64,000 bases of DNA, taken from positions 160,001-224,000 of the forward strand of contig CAWDOD010000009.1 in the NCBI GenBank assembly GCA_963803805.1, read 5' to 3'. The notes under the pieces are model-generated. The model was not told the DNA's origin, ran no database searches, and saw only the letters and a program-made list of their open reading frames with translations. Numbering within the stretch: the first letter of the stretch is position 1; the number at the start of each line of letters is the position of its first letter. Origin of the DNA: an uncultured cyanobacterium (GTDB taxonomy: Bacteria > Cyanobacteriota > Cyanobacteriia > Cyanobacteriales > CAWCAG01). Below are positions 52,306-63,800 of this stretch, one piece after another. Made by a program: the position numbers and the translations under genes.

Positions 52306-52543
52306 CTTTGAATTTAACTAATAAGTAACAAGTGATTTATTTGTACTTGGTATACTTGCTGAGATAGTATTTGCTATTGAGCAGGAATCTACTGTCAAAA
52401 CTGTGATTTTTGCCTAAGCTATATAACTCTTATTAGGGCAAAATAAGCTATACCGACGAGAAAATTAAAAATTCAGTAAAATATGAATTATTGCCACAAA
52501 CCCACTCGCGCAATGTGCAATAACTTCTGTTTTATAACTGCTA

Positions 52544-54475
52544 ATGAGTCAACTGTCAGATTTTTCTTCTCGGTTAAATGTTTCTCGACGCACAGCCTTG
52601 AAATTATTAGGTATAGGAGCTATCGGCGGGGTAGTAGGTTATTCTCGCTTTGTTAAGCCTCAACCAACTGTATTTCAACAAGATAGCTTAACTCTTCCCC
52701 AGGCAATTACCCAACCAAAAAAGGTTGTAGTTGTGGGTGCAGGTTTGGCAGGGTTAGCTTGTGCTTATGAATTAAGTCAGCGCGGTTTTGCAGTAACTTT
52801 GTTAGAAAAGTCCCCTAATTTAGGAGGAAAAATTGCTAGTTGGCCTATTAAAGTTGGGGAAGAAGAGTTTATTATGGAACACGGTTTCCATGGCTTTTTT
52901 CCTCAGTATTATAATCTCAACAACTTGGTAGAAGAACTAGGGGTTACAGATAATTTTAAATCTTTGGGATTTTACTCTTTAGTCTTTAATAAAGAAAAGT
53001 ATGATCCAGAAGTCTTTCGCCCTAGTAATTCTGCCTTTCCTTGGAATATCGTTGATTTAGCCATTTCCTCTCCTAATCGTTTTCATTGGGGAATTAATTT
53101 AACTAAAATCAGTCACCTACAAGTATTTCGGGCTATTACTAGCTTTAAAATTCCTAAAACCTTTAACAATTTTGATGATATTTCTGTAACAGATTGGATT
53201 TCTCAAGGGTTTCCCCAAGGACTTTATGATTTATACTTCCTGCCTTTTGCTAAATCTAGTTTAAATGCACCGGATGTACTTAGTGCCGGAGAATTATTAC
53301 AATTTTTTCACTTTTACTTTTTTGGTAATCCTGAAGGCTTGGCATTTAATGGTACGAAACAGGACATGGGAACGAGTTTAGTAGAACCCATCGCTAAGGC
53401 AATTGTAGCTAGGGGAGGTAAGATTATTCCGGAAGCTACGGTAAGCGAAATTAACTGGCAAGAGGGTAAAATAAACTCCCTTAGTTATTATGAAGGTGAA
53501 GCTCAAACCAAAGTCCCTTTTTGGGTGAATAGCAACTCTTTGTTAGGAAAAAATTATTATGGTGCGGGGGATAATGTTTATCTTGTACAAGGAGAAGATA
53601 AAGCTATTTCTTTAACTTGTACCCACCAAGGTTGTACAGTGCAACTCCAGGCTAATGGAGAATTTGTTTGTCCTTGTCATGGTGCTTTGTATAACCAAGA
53701 AGGTAAAGTTATTAGTGGTCCTGCAAAACGTGATTTAGCCTCTTTTCAAGTTGTTAGAAACCGAGAAAATCAGGTTCAATTAGTGTCAGCCAATCCTGAA
53801 TTAAAAACCAACCAAAAGATCATTAGTGCTGATTATTATGTAATTGCTACTAATGTTCCAGGAACTAGACATCTTTTCCAAATAATGACAGGAGATGTGG
53901 AAGAAGAAACAGCTTCTCAAGTTAACAATTTAGCCGTTGCCGATCCCTTTGCTGTAGCGCGTTTTTGGTTCGATGAAGATTTCGACTGGCAACATAGTTG
54001 GTTTACTTCCCTTTCTGGCTACGCTTTAACAGATAGTATTACTCTCTACCATCGCATCCAAGAACAGTTTATTACTTGGAGTGAAGAAACAGGAGGAAGT
54101 GTCGTAGAACTGCACGCTTACTGTTACAAAGAAAAGGAGTTTCCTACTCAGGAAAGTTTGTTGGCAACCTTTGAAGAGGAATTATATCAAATTGTCCCTG
54201 AATTGAAAAATAGTCAGATGTTACATCGGGAATTAGTTAACCAAAAGAACTTTTCCGGTTATCCCCCCAATAGTTACCAAAATCGCCCTGAAACCACTAC
54301 CAAAGTTCCTAACTTAGCTTTTGCCGGAGACTGGGTTAAGATGCCTTTTCCTTGTGGTTTAATGGAACGGGCTGTTAGTAGTGGTTTGTTGGCAGCTAAT
54401 GCTATTTTGCACCAAGAAGGTTTACAAAGAAAGAAGTTATTAACTGTTAATCCTGAAGGGCTTTTAAAGATTTAA
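52544..54475 (+). CDS. cruE: CrtU/CruE-like carotenoid ring desaturase with inserted Rieske domain
   Basis: SRRTALK N-terminus, VVGAGLAGL FAD motif, MEHGFHGFFPQYYN, Rieske boxes CTHQGC and CPCHG, FAGDWV..MERAVSSG. Confidence 0.7.
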   Translation: MSQLSDFSSRLNVSRRTALKLLGIGAIGGVVGYSRFVKPQPTVFQQDSLTLPQAITQPKKVVVVGAGLAGLACAYELSQRGFAVTLLEKSPNLGGKIASWPIKVGEEEFIMEHGFHGFFPQYYNLNNLVEELGVTDNFKSLGFYSLVFNKEKYDPEVFRPSNSAFPWNIVDLAISSPNRFHWGINLTKISHLQVFRAITSFKIPKTFNNFDDISVTDWISQGFPQGLYDLYFLPFAKSSLNAPDVLSAGELLQFFHFYFFGNPEGLAFNGTKQDMGTSLVEPIAKAIVARGGKIIPEATVSEINWQEGKINSLSYYEGEAQTKVPFWVNSNSLLGKNYYGAGDNVYLVQGEDKAISLTCTHQGCTVQLQANGEFVCPCHGALYNQEGKVISGPAKRDLASFQVVRNRENQVQLVSANPELKTNQKIISADYYVIATNVPGTRHLFQIMTGDVEEETASQVNNLAVADPFAVARFWFDEDFDWQHSWFTSLSGYALTDSITLYHRIQEQFITWSEETGGSVVELHAYCYKEKEFPTQESLLATFEEELYQIVPELKNSQMLHRELVNQKNFSGYPPNSYQNRPETTTKVPNLAFAGDWVKMPFPCGLMERAVSSGLLAANAILHQEGLQRKKLLTVNPEGLLKI

Positions 54476-54480
54476 TGGGA

Positions 54481-54583
54481 TAAGCTGTCAGGCATTTAAT
54501 TGACTTATTAGGTTTGATGGGGGGAGGGTTTTAGGGCTTATTTTTTATTTGAATAATACACAGTTTAAATGCACATCAGCTTA
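54481..54583 (+). mobile_element. MITE-like element, 103 bp
   Basis: Same TIRs and interior as 44905-45031; fills the gap between two convergent stop codons. Confidence 0.8.
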
Positions 54584-54584
54584 T

Positions 54585-55214
54585 CTAAGCTAACTCAATA
54601 ATCTCGCCAATTCCCTTAAGCAATTCTGTTAATAAAGGACTCTTAGGAGAGCCTTGATAACCTTCAACAAAAAGCCAGGTAATGAGCTTTTTAACCATCT
54701 GCTGTGATAAGACTTTTTCTCGGTAAGGAGGTGCAATCATCAAAAGCATTTCCACCGGTGATTTTCTACTTAAAGGTGGTATTACAAACCTAATATCTTT
54801 TAATTGCTGCGCTCCCATTCTACGATAAAAGTTAAGTCTTCTTTTTCTTAATTGTTGCTCATTGCCGTATTGAGGATTTTCTACTTCTAGAAGAAGGTAT
54901 TTCTCTTCTTGGCGCAATTTGAGTAAAAGATAATCAAGAAATTTGCTACCAATTCCTTGATTACGAAAACTTGTCTGGGTAGCAATATAAGCAAGTAGAA
55001 TAAATTGAGTATCCCTTATGGGAGAAAGTATAGCCATAAAAGCTACCTGATTTTCCTGATAGCTAACAAATAATTGATAATCGCCGTTATCAATTCTCTG
55101 TTCAACTAAAGAAGTAGCAACCCTTTCACTAGGAGGAAAAGCTTCCTCATAAATATTAATGACTGCTGTAAAATCAGGATGTTGACTATTCTTAATAGCA
55201 AGGAAGTTGACCAT
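54585..55214 (-). CDS. GNAT N-acetyltransferase
   Basis: IYEEAFPPSER, YIATQTSFRNQGIGSKF, RRLNFYRRMG. Confidence 0.8.
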   Translation of the reverse strand: MVNFLAIKNSQHPDFTAVINIYEEAFPPSERVATSLVEQRIDNGDYQLFVSYQENQVAFMAILSPIRDTQFILLAYIATQTSFRNQGIGSKFLDYLLLKLRQEEKYLLLEVENPQYGNEQQLRKRRLNFYRRMGAQQLKDIRFVIPPLSRKSPVEMLLMIAPPYREKVLSQQMVKKLITWLFVEGYQGSPKSPLLTELLKGIGEIIELA

Positions 55215-55232
55215 AATTGTTATTAATCATAT

Positions 55233-55295
55233 TAAGCTGTCCAGAATTTATATCAATTATTAGGAGAAGGCAATAGGGAATAGGGAACAGCGTTA
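55233..55295 (+). mobile_element. Degenerate MITE-like remnant
   Basis: taagctgtccagaatttatatcaattattagg resembles the family left end; aataggg repeats; decayed right end cagcgtta. Confidence 0.45.
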
Positions 55296-55310
55296 ATTAA
55301 AAATTAAAAA

Positions 55311-55994
55311 TTAAAATTTGACATCATGTTTAAGCCGATGGCGTAACCAAGCAAACCAAGTATCCAACCCCTGTCCAGTTTCCGCCGAGAGGGGAATAAT
55401 AGTGACATGAGGATTCATTTGACGTACATTGGCTTCAATACGTTGCAGATCCACTTTTAAATATGGTACTAAGTCAGTTTTGGTAATCAATAAACAGTCT
55501 GCTTGTTGGAACATGATAGGGTATTTGAGGGGTTTATCTTCTCCCTCTGTCACACTAAGCAGGGCAACTTTGGCGTGTTCTCCCACTTCAAATTCTGCCG
55601 GACAAACCAGGTTGCCAACATTTTCTACCATCACTAAATCAAACTCTAAGGGATTGTATTGTTCTGCAAAGGTGTGGATGCCCCCAGCAACCATTTTTGA
55701 GTCGAGGTGACAGGAACGCCCAGTGTTAATAGCAATGACAGGAACATTATATTGTCGTAGTCGTTCCGCATCCAATTCTGTGGTCATATCCCCTTCAATG
55801 ACTGCCATTTTAAATTCCTGGTTGAGGGTAGCTAGGGTGCATTCTAACAACACTGTTTTTCCAGCCCCAGGACTACTCATTAAATTGAGGCAAGTGATGC
55901 CCCATCGGTCAAAATGGGCGCGGTTATCGTTTGCTCCAGCTTGGTTTGCATGGAGTAAGTTGATTTCTAAAGCGGCATCGAAAGTTTGGTGCAT
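55311..55994 (-). CDS. hypB: HypB-like Ni-insertion GTPase (guanidine hydrolase accessory)
   Basis: [48 protein letters not shown]. Confidence 0.92.
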   Translation of the reverse strand: MHQTFDAALEINLLHANQAGANDNRAHFDRWGITCLNLMSSPGAGKTVLLECTLATLNQEFKMAVIEGDMTTELDAERLRQYNVPVIAINTGRSCHLDSKMVAGGIHTFAEQYNPLEFDLVMVENVGNLVCPAEFEVGEHAKVALLSVTEGEDKPLKYPIMFQQADCLLITKTDLVPYLKVDLQRIEANVRQMNPHVTIIPLSAETGQGLDTWFAWLRHRLKHDVKF

Positions 55995-56026
55995 TTTTCA
56001 GTTATCAGTTATCAATTATCAATGAT

Positions 56027-56051
56027 GCCTAACGGCAACGGCAAGCCGAAC
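56027..56051 (+). repeat. Small dispersed repeat, copy 3, within heptamer tandem repeat
   Basis: gcctaacggcaacggcaagccgaac, flanked by cagttat/caattat/caatgat units. Confidence 0.6.
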
Positions 56052-56060
56052 AATGATCAA

Positions 56061-56408
56061 TTACCTATATTCTATGTGGTCAATTTTTAATTCTCTTCCT
56101 GAACGAATATCTTCCATAGGGCGATCGCAGGTGGGACAGGTATATTTTCGACCTATTTTCGGTTGATATTCTTGTTGGCATTGGTGACAAAAAGCAATTA
56201 AGGGAGTTTCTTTAATAACTAGTTTTGTTCCTGCTAAAAAAGTGTTTTTGGTTTGTACTTCAAAAGCAAATTGCAAACTAGCCGGTTCAACGCAAGTAAA
56301 CTCCCCGACAACTAAATAAATAGTTTCAATAGTGTTTTTTTTCGGTTGATTATTCTGCCAATCTTTAACTGTCAAAATAAGAGATTTGGTCATATCAACT
56401 TCGTGCAT
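56061..56408 (-). CDS. hypA: HypA-like Ni metallochaperone (guanidine hydrolase accessory)
   Basis: MHE Ni site, CHQC and CPTC zinc pairs, SGRELKI. Confidence 0.92.
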   Translation of the reverse strand: MHEVDMTKSLILTVKDWQNNQPKKNTIETIYLVVGEFTCVEPASLQFAFEVQTKNTFLAGTKLVIKETPLIAFCHQCQQEYQPKIGRKYTCPTCDRPMEDIRSGRELKIDHIEYR

Positions 56409-56436
56409 TTTTCACCTATTATCCATTACCTAAAAA

Positions 56437-57610
56437 CTACTCCCACTGAACCATTTCCGGTTCCGATGCCGGCTGGATATAATCAGGCTTTTGGGTTCGG
56501 GGCAACTGTCCCGATATCACCAAATGAGCCATTGCATCGCAGATAACGCGGGTTGCCATTAATGCAGTCATATCGCTAACATCGTAGGGAGGAGAAACTT
56601 CTACAACTTCTATGCCGCAAACCGTGGTGTTTTGCACAATCCTTTTCAATAAATGCAAAGCCTCTCTGGGCATCAATCCTCCTGGCTCAGGCCAACCTGT
56701 ACCAGGTACAAACCCAGCATCAATACAATCAATATCAAAACTGATCCAAACGCAATCTGTTCCGTCTGTTGCTCTTTCTATAGCCCAGTCTGCTGCTGCA
56801 TCCAAGCCCATTTCCGTAATATCTGTGACGGTGAGAATATTTGTCGCCCTTTCCCGGCAAACCTTCACCCCTTGGCGAGGGACTTGCCAACCACCGATGC
56901 CCATTTGTACCAAGTTTTTAGCCGGGGCATTTGCCATGTTAGTGGCGTGAAACCAAGGGCAGGTGTGCATCCGTTCGTCAAGATCAGTTTCTTGGGTATC
57001 CACATGGCGATCAAAGTGGATGATGCCGACTTTTTTATCTCCTAAATGGCGGCAAACTGCCCTGACGGTGGGGAAACCAATGGAATGATCTCCCCCTAAA
57101 ATAATGGGGAAAGCGCCGGAGTTGAAAACATGGGCAACCCCTTTGCTGATTTGGTCAAAGGACTTTTCGTTATTGGCAGGAATGGTAAAAATATCCCCTA
57201 CATCACAAAGGGTAATTTGTTCCCGCAAATCCACTCCTAGTTCAAAATTATAGGGGGTGTAAAGGGCGCTGATGCGGCGGATGCCTTCGGGGGCCAAACC
57301 TTGTACCAGGGCGGTAGGTAGTACCGGAGTCGTGGGGGACACCGATGATGGCAACATCATATTCTCCTACTTTCCTGACATCTTCTAAATAAGGGGCTTT
57401 GAGGAAAGTATTGATTCCGGCATAATGAGGTAACTCTCCCCTTGAAAAGGTGGGGATGGTGCGATCGCGGATGCTTTCGGCAGCTTCCAAGCCATATTCT
57501 AATCCTTGATCAACTTCTTGCTGCCAACCTGTCAAAGGAAGTTGTTTTTCTTTGTTTAAAGCCCTTTGTGCTTCACTATTAGGGGGTTCAAATGGTAACT
57601 GTTCACTCAT
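56437..57610 (-). pseudogene. gdmH: Ni-dependent guanidine hydrolase (ureohydrolase family), interrupted by a +1 frameshift near 57289-57293
   Basis: Two track ORFs join as MSEQ...FSRGELPHYAGINTF...RPGTRFGP|EGIRRISALY...GGDHS...FDRHVD...SFDIDCID...GTGWPEPGG. The span is 1174 nt = 391 codons + 1. May be a sequencing artefact. Confidence 0.85.
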
Positions 57611-57640
57611 TGATTTACTTGCATTGCCCTGGATGTTGTG

Positions 57641-57712
57641 AATAAAAAAGGGAAAAAGCCCCAGAGTTGACGATTTTCTACTTGCCGTCAAATCTCCCGG
57701 GTTTTTTTCCCT
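57641..57712 (-). terminator. Riboswitch-controlled intrinsic terminator
   Basis: CCGGGAG-A-TTTGACG...CGTCAA-CTCTGGGG followed by CTTTTTCCCTTTTTT; the 5' arm overlaps the aptamer 3' end. Confidence 0.8.
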
Positions 57713-57808
57713 CCGTGGGATTATTAACTGTATTTAGTTAACAATCTGCTTCTCTTGGACCAGACATTTAAAAGAGACTTGCTCAAAAACCGGAACCCTA
57801 GAAGCTAT
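57693..57808 (-). ncRNA. Guanidine-I (ykkC-yxkD) riboswitch
   Basis: Minus strand GCTTCTAGGGTTCCG...CTGGTCCAAGAGAAGC, then a P2 hairpin, then CACGGAGGGAAAAAAACCCGGGAG; directly upstream of gdmH. Confidence 0.92.
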
Positions 57809-57862
57809 TTTAATAATTCCTTTCGCTACATTCTACACCAATTTTTTCAATTTGAATGAAGA

Positions 57863-60800
57863 TTACCAAGGATTGCCTATCAGAGTGAAACCACTCCAAT
57901 AATAGGGATGGGTTAGTTCCAAATCTCCTAAATCTGAGAATTGTTCTGGAAGTTCGAGGCTGATATCTTGAGTAATTAGTTGCCCCGCTTCTAACCTCAC
58001 CTCACCGCGAATCATCGCTAATTGAGCTTTTTGTAAAGCTTGGGCTTTGACAGGAACTTTGTGTAACTGTTCATAAAAATTACTCATTAAGCCTAAAGTC
58101 CCTCCATCATCTACTGACCAGAGGCTGCCCAGTACGGATTTAACCCCAGCGATCGCGGCTGAACCGGCAAACCCTAATTCTGCTTCTTGATCTCCTAATG
58201 CGGTGCGACAGGCGCTTAATACGAGTAAGTCTACTTGAGGATTTTCAAGTTGCAATGTGTTTAGTTGATCTAAGGGGAGTTTTTGATTTCCTATTTGGAT
58301 GTAGGAGTTGCTAGGTTTACCCGATTCAAACTCAGCATGGGTGGCAAGATGAACGATACCAAAGGAGTTTTGTTCTCTGGCAGTTAATAAGTTGTTGAGG
58401 GTAAACTCTTCATTGAGGAAAGTGGTTACTGAACCGAAGCGGGTGACAATGTGGGATAGTTCCACTGGTACTGCTGGAAGATTATCTTTTTCGGCAAACT
58501 CTGAGGCCCCCATTGCTAAAACAGAAGTTTGACGTAAGTCTTGGTAGTTGGGGTCAGTCAGAGATAAGCTAGGCATTAAACCGAGGCTATATTTTTCAAT
58601 AATGAATTGTTCACCATCATATAAGGCTGCTAGAGGAAGAGAACGTAATCCTGCATCCATGATGAAGGAGATGTTATTTAGTTCCTTGCTTTGTAAATTA
58701 TCTTCAATGGGTTTTATTAAAATCTTATATAGTTCCTGGGCCGGTTGTTTGTAAGCATCTGGTCTGCTAACGTTAGTAATACGGCGGCGGAATTGCTTGA
58801 CTAATTTAGTCACTTCCTCTCTGGTTGCCCCAGGAACGGATTGCCGGATTAAATCTCCGGAGGAAGTAACTAAAACAATTTCTAGTTGGTCTGTGGGTTT
58901 GACTTCTCGATTTTGAGGTAAGAGTTCTTCGACGTTGGTTTTAGAATTAACTTGTTCCGGATTAAATTGCCAAATAGTACTCTTTTGCGCTGTTTGGGCT
59001 GTTTCTACTTCTGCGGGTTTGAAGAAAACATAAACTAAACCACTGCGGAGTCCGGTAACATCTTCAATCTTCCTTAAGGTATTTTGGGCCTGATCTAAGG
59101 TAATGTTAGGAACCTTATCAAGGCCGAGATGTTGTTCATAGGAGTCGCTGAAACCTTCTTCCAATCTAGTTACGGTACTATCAGCATCACCATCTAGGGG
59201 AGATGTAACGGCTTCTGTGGATAAAGCCCTAGCTTCAAAGGTGTTGATGGCAAATCTATCTGGGGTGATGAGGATGTTACCTTGTTGCTTTTTACCTGAG
59301 AAAGCTTGGATGGGAGAGAGGAGAAAGTTGCCACTGGTGATAGTTCCGGCACTACCATTAACTGTAGCATCGCCAATTTCAAAGGCAATTAAACCTTGCC
59401 CACCATGGCGGATGGTAATTTTACCCCCATTAACACCACCAACACTAGAGATGCTAGCTAGCAAACCATTGCTGCTGGTGAAGGTGTCGGTGATTTGGAT
59501 ATAGGGGTCAGTGATGATGTCAATTTCACCTCCGTCTAATGTACCTTGGGTATTAATGGTAGCAATGCGGATGTTACCCACAGATTCGAGGAAAACAGCC
59601 CCACCGTTACCATTTTTACCACTTGTATTAATGTTTCCTGTTTCAATGGCAATCAAGGTATTCTTTAAGTTAAATCTGCGGATGGGTAGGGTGGCTGTGA
59701 TCTCAACTTTACCACCGTTATTACCGGAGGTGTCAATATCTTCGGTGATGATTGCCCCATTGTTGTTTGTTAAGGAAACATCACCACCCGATGTTGCAAT
59801 CGCCCCTGTAGCAATTTTACCGATGTTGTTGCTTAAGGTGACTTTTCCACCATTGGTAGTGATATCTCCAACACTCATACCGTTACTGGTGATTAAATTG
59901 ATGCTGGCGTTGTCCTTACCAAAGATGTTATTACCGCTACCAGCAATTAAGCGACTTTGTAAGGTTGTCGGATCATTAAAGGTGGTGTCACCCAGGATGT
60001 ATAGTTGGTGTGGGGCATTTTCTTGACCAATGGTGATAGATTGGAAACCATCCTGGATGTTGTTGATTTCATTAGCAGTCAAGTCAAGATAGAAAGGTAA
60101 GTTAGTGTCTGTTTGCCTGCCTATTAAGATATCTTGGAAGGGGGAGGAAGGTTGAATTACCAGATTGCCAGTACCAGAAAGTTTACCCTGGTAGTCAATT
60201 TCGTTGCCGATTAAGGTTAAATCTCCTGCCTTACCGTCAATGTTGCCGGTGATTGTCCCTTTGTTGAAGAAGGATTCCCAGAAGTTAATGGTGTCGTTAC
60301 CATTGCCCCCAATTAAGTTTTGAATACGGTTGAAATTGCTAACATTGTTAACCCAACCCCTATCTGTACCGGTGATTGTCCAATCGTTGTTTTGGTTATC
60401 ACCAATTAAAGTGTTGTTTCCCAAACCTCCGTCAACATAGTTGATACTGCCACCATTCACAGCAAAAGTATCATCATCACTACCACCATAGAGGCGGTTG
60501 AAGTCTCGGAAGTTTAGTTGATTAACCTTGCCCCCATCGATTTCGGTAATATTCCAGTTATTATCTACATCCCCACCAAAGAGATAGTTATAAAAAGCTT
60601 TCCCTCCCAAAAGATTGGTGATATTTTCTGCTTGAGTGGCGTTGATGCTTAAACCACCTTGTTGATCTATGTAAGCAAAGAGGGAATTGCTGTGGTTGGT
60701 GTAATCTAAAGTATCTTGCCCTACACCACCATTAATTGTACCGTCGAAGAAGATAGAGTTATTGAAGATAAAAGTATCTTCTTGGGCATTACCGTTGAGG

Positions 60801-63800
60801 GTTTCTATTGTGGTGAAGGTTGTCTCATTATTGAGTGTACCGGCATTACTACTAGTGATTTCCCAAGTACTATTGAGGTTGTCGCCATTAACAATATCAA
60901 TCTCTCCTCCTCCAATAATACTTTCTACCACACCACCATTAAAGGTGAAAGTATCCACAGCATCACCACCTTGAAGGATGTGGATATTTTCAAACTCCGC
61001 CGTTACATTCAGTTTCCCGGCATTGTCACCTGTTATTTCCCAATCGTTGACAATATTATCCCCAATTAAAGTATTTTCCCCTTCACCTCCAGTAATACTA
61101 GTGAAGTTGCCGCTTTGCAGTATAAACTTATCATCACCCTCACCCCCAACAATGCGGTCGAATTTTTCAAACAGCATCCTGTTGTTAGCAGTGTTAACAA
61201 CTTCACCACCATTAGCACTAGTAATTGTCCAATCACTATCAACATCATTGCCGATTAAGGTACTACCTGCATTCGCTGTACCAATTATTCTTTCAATACT
61301 TCCTGCTTGAGGTTTGTTTAAATCAACGGTAATGGCAATTTTATAGGGAGAATAATCGAGAGTATCTTGGCCATCTCCCCCTTCAACAGAGGCAAAGCTA
61401 TTAACGGGGTTAAAGGGATCTGTGAAGACGAAACTATCATTCCCTGTACCCCCTAGAAGATTTTGAATGTTATCAAAGATAGTTTGATTACCGTTGTCAA
61501 ATATGCCTTGATTAGGTGCTGTTAAACTCCAAGTATTGTTGGTGTTGCTGCCAATTAAGGTGTTGTCACCTAAGCTTCCGTCAAGACTATTTACTGAACC
61601 GTTTGTATCAAAGGTGAAGCGATCGCTAGCGTTATTGCCAATAAGATTTTGGATATTGCTGAAATTTGTCGAGCCGTATAAGTTATTCAGAGTCCCTTGG
61701 CTAACATCGGTAATCGCCCAATTATTACTCAAGCTGAAACCCAAGAAATTGTTATTAGCAAACAATTTATTATTATCGCCAAGATTGCCATCAATCCTAC
61801 CACTTATCCTACCACTACCAATAAGGTTAAATGTATCACTCTTATCGCCTCCAACAAGGTTTGAGAAGTTGTTAAATTCTATTCCTTGAGCAATAGTTTT
61901 GCTATTAAATACTTTGCCACTGTTGAGACTAGTTATATCCCATTTACTCTCAATGTTTGCTCCAGTTAAAGTAGATGAAGTAGCTTGTATTGTGCCATTA
62001 ATTTTTTCAATACCTATAGCACCTAAGTTGTCCAAATTAACACCAGGATCTGAAGCATAGAGACTGTAATCTAGGGTATCAACTGTACCTCCGTTACCAT
62101 TAATACTGCCGCTAAAAGTTGCAGTATTAGCAAAGGTAAAGATGTCTTCACCATCGTTGCCTTCTAAAGCTTCAATATTATCAAAGCTATTTTTACCATT
62201 CACAGTACCTGTTTCGCTGCCAGTAATTGACCAATTATTTTTTTGATTAGGGCCAAAAATGCTATCTTTCTTATTACCGCCACCACCAGAGATATTCTCA
62301 ACATTGCCACTAACAAGTCTAAACTCGTCTTTATTGTTGCTACCAACAAGGTTTTGCATACTTGAAAAGTTAACACCATCAAGATTTCCAGCGTTATCAG
62401 CAGTAATAGTCCAAGTGGAATCACTGTTTTTAGTACTTGTTAAGGTGTTAACTCCTAAACCACCATCTAAAAGAGTAGGAGAAGCATTTTTTAAATCAAA
62501 TTGATCGTTTCCTGCACCACCAACTACATTGCCAATGCTACCTTGATTAAGCTTAAATGTATCTACACCAGCCCCCCCTATTAAGTTTTCAACACTGCTA
62601 AATTTATCTGCACCGTTAGTAATATCTCCTTGATAATTACCATCAACTTTCCAAGTGCGATTAGTAGCATTACCAACTATCGTATCTATACCGCCACCAG
62701 CATCAAGATCGTCAACAACGCCACCATTGAGATTGATATTATCGTCACCCCCTCCGGCATTGATATTCTTGATACTTCCTCCGTTGAGGCTGAAAGTATC
62801 TACAGCATCACCACCATTCAACGTCTCTATAGTGTTGAAGTTTGTTACATCAACAGTACCTACTCCTGTACCAGTAACAGTCCATGTACGGGCTAGGTTA
62901 TTTCCGGTGATGGTATCGTTATTTCCTCCGCCACCACTAATAGTACCAACAACAGCGCCATTTAAGTTAAAGTCATCGCTTTCTTGACCACCATTAACTG
63001 TGGTAACACTGCCACCATTTAAGTTGAATTGATCGCTACCATCGTTGCCACTAATGCTGGTAAAATTGCCACCATTAAGATTAAATGTATCTTCATTGTC
63101 ACCACCTTGAAGATTATCAAAGTCAGAGAAATTAACCCCGTCAACGCTATTATTTATAGCGGTTAAAGTCCAAGTGTTGTTATTGTTTTCCCCTTTCAAA
63201 GTACTAGTAGCAGCATTAGTTGAACCAACAATCCTAGCAATGTCGTTAATTTTAAAACTGCCTAAATCAACTGTTAAAGGAATTGTGTAGGCACTGTAGT
63301 TAAGTTCATTCGTGCCACCGTTACCGTTAATTGTGCCAGTGAATTGGCCATTATTACTAAAAGCAAAGGTATCGTCACCAGCTTCCCCATTAAGATTTTC
63401 AATTCCAGTGAAGTTGCTACCATCTACATCACCAGTGTTGTTTCCTGTTATATTCCAGGTGATAGCATCCCCTGCTACGCTACTTCTGGTTAAGGTATCT
63501 TTGTCATTGCCACCAACAATGCTAGTGACACTGCCACCATTAAGAGTGAAAGTATCATCTTCTCCCTCTCCATTTACAGTATCAGCATTACCACTATTGA
63601 AAGTGAAGTTATCGTCTCCTCCTCCTCCTTTTACTGTTGCTGTAGTGTTTTGATTAAAAGTAAATGTGTCTGCATTGTCACCACCATTAACAACAGTAGC
63701 ATCACCACCAGCAAAAGTAAAAGTGTCATTTCCTCCTTCTCCGTTTACAGTACCAACCGTGCCAGAGTTGAAGTTAAATTGATCAGCATTGTCACCACCA

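Noticed and set aside
44905-54583. Repeats as a CRISPR array
   Set aside because: Copies are dispersed, have terminal inverted repeats, and show no regular repeat-spacer period or cas genes.
55311-56408. hypA/hypB as evidence of a hydrogenase locus
   Set aside because: No hydrogenase or hypCDEF genes nearby; context points to Ni delivery to guanidine hydrolase.
57248-57691. 147-aa track ORF as an independent gene or leader peptide
   Set aside because: It is the gdmH N-terminal frame. Its upstream extension runs through the riboswitch terminator; the real start is ATG 57610.
57850-57870. NtcA box upstream of the riboswitch
   Set aside because: The best match reads GTA-N8-TCA, not GTA-N8-TAC; only a TAGAAT -10-like hexamer (57830-57835) is visible.
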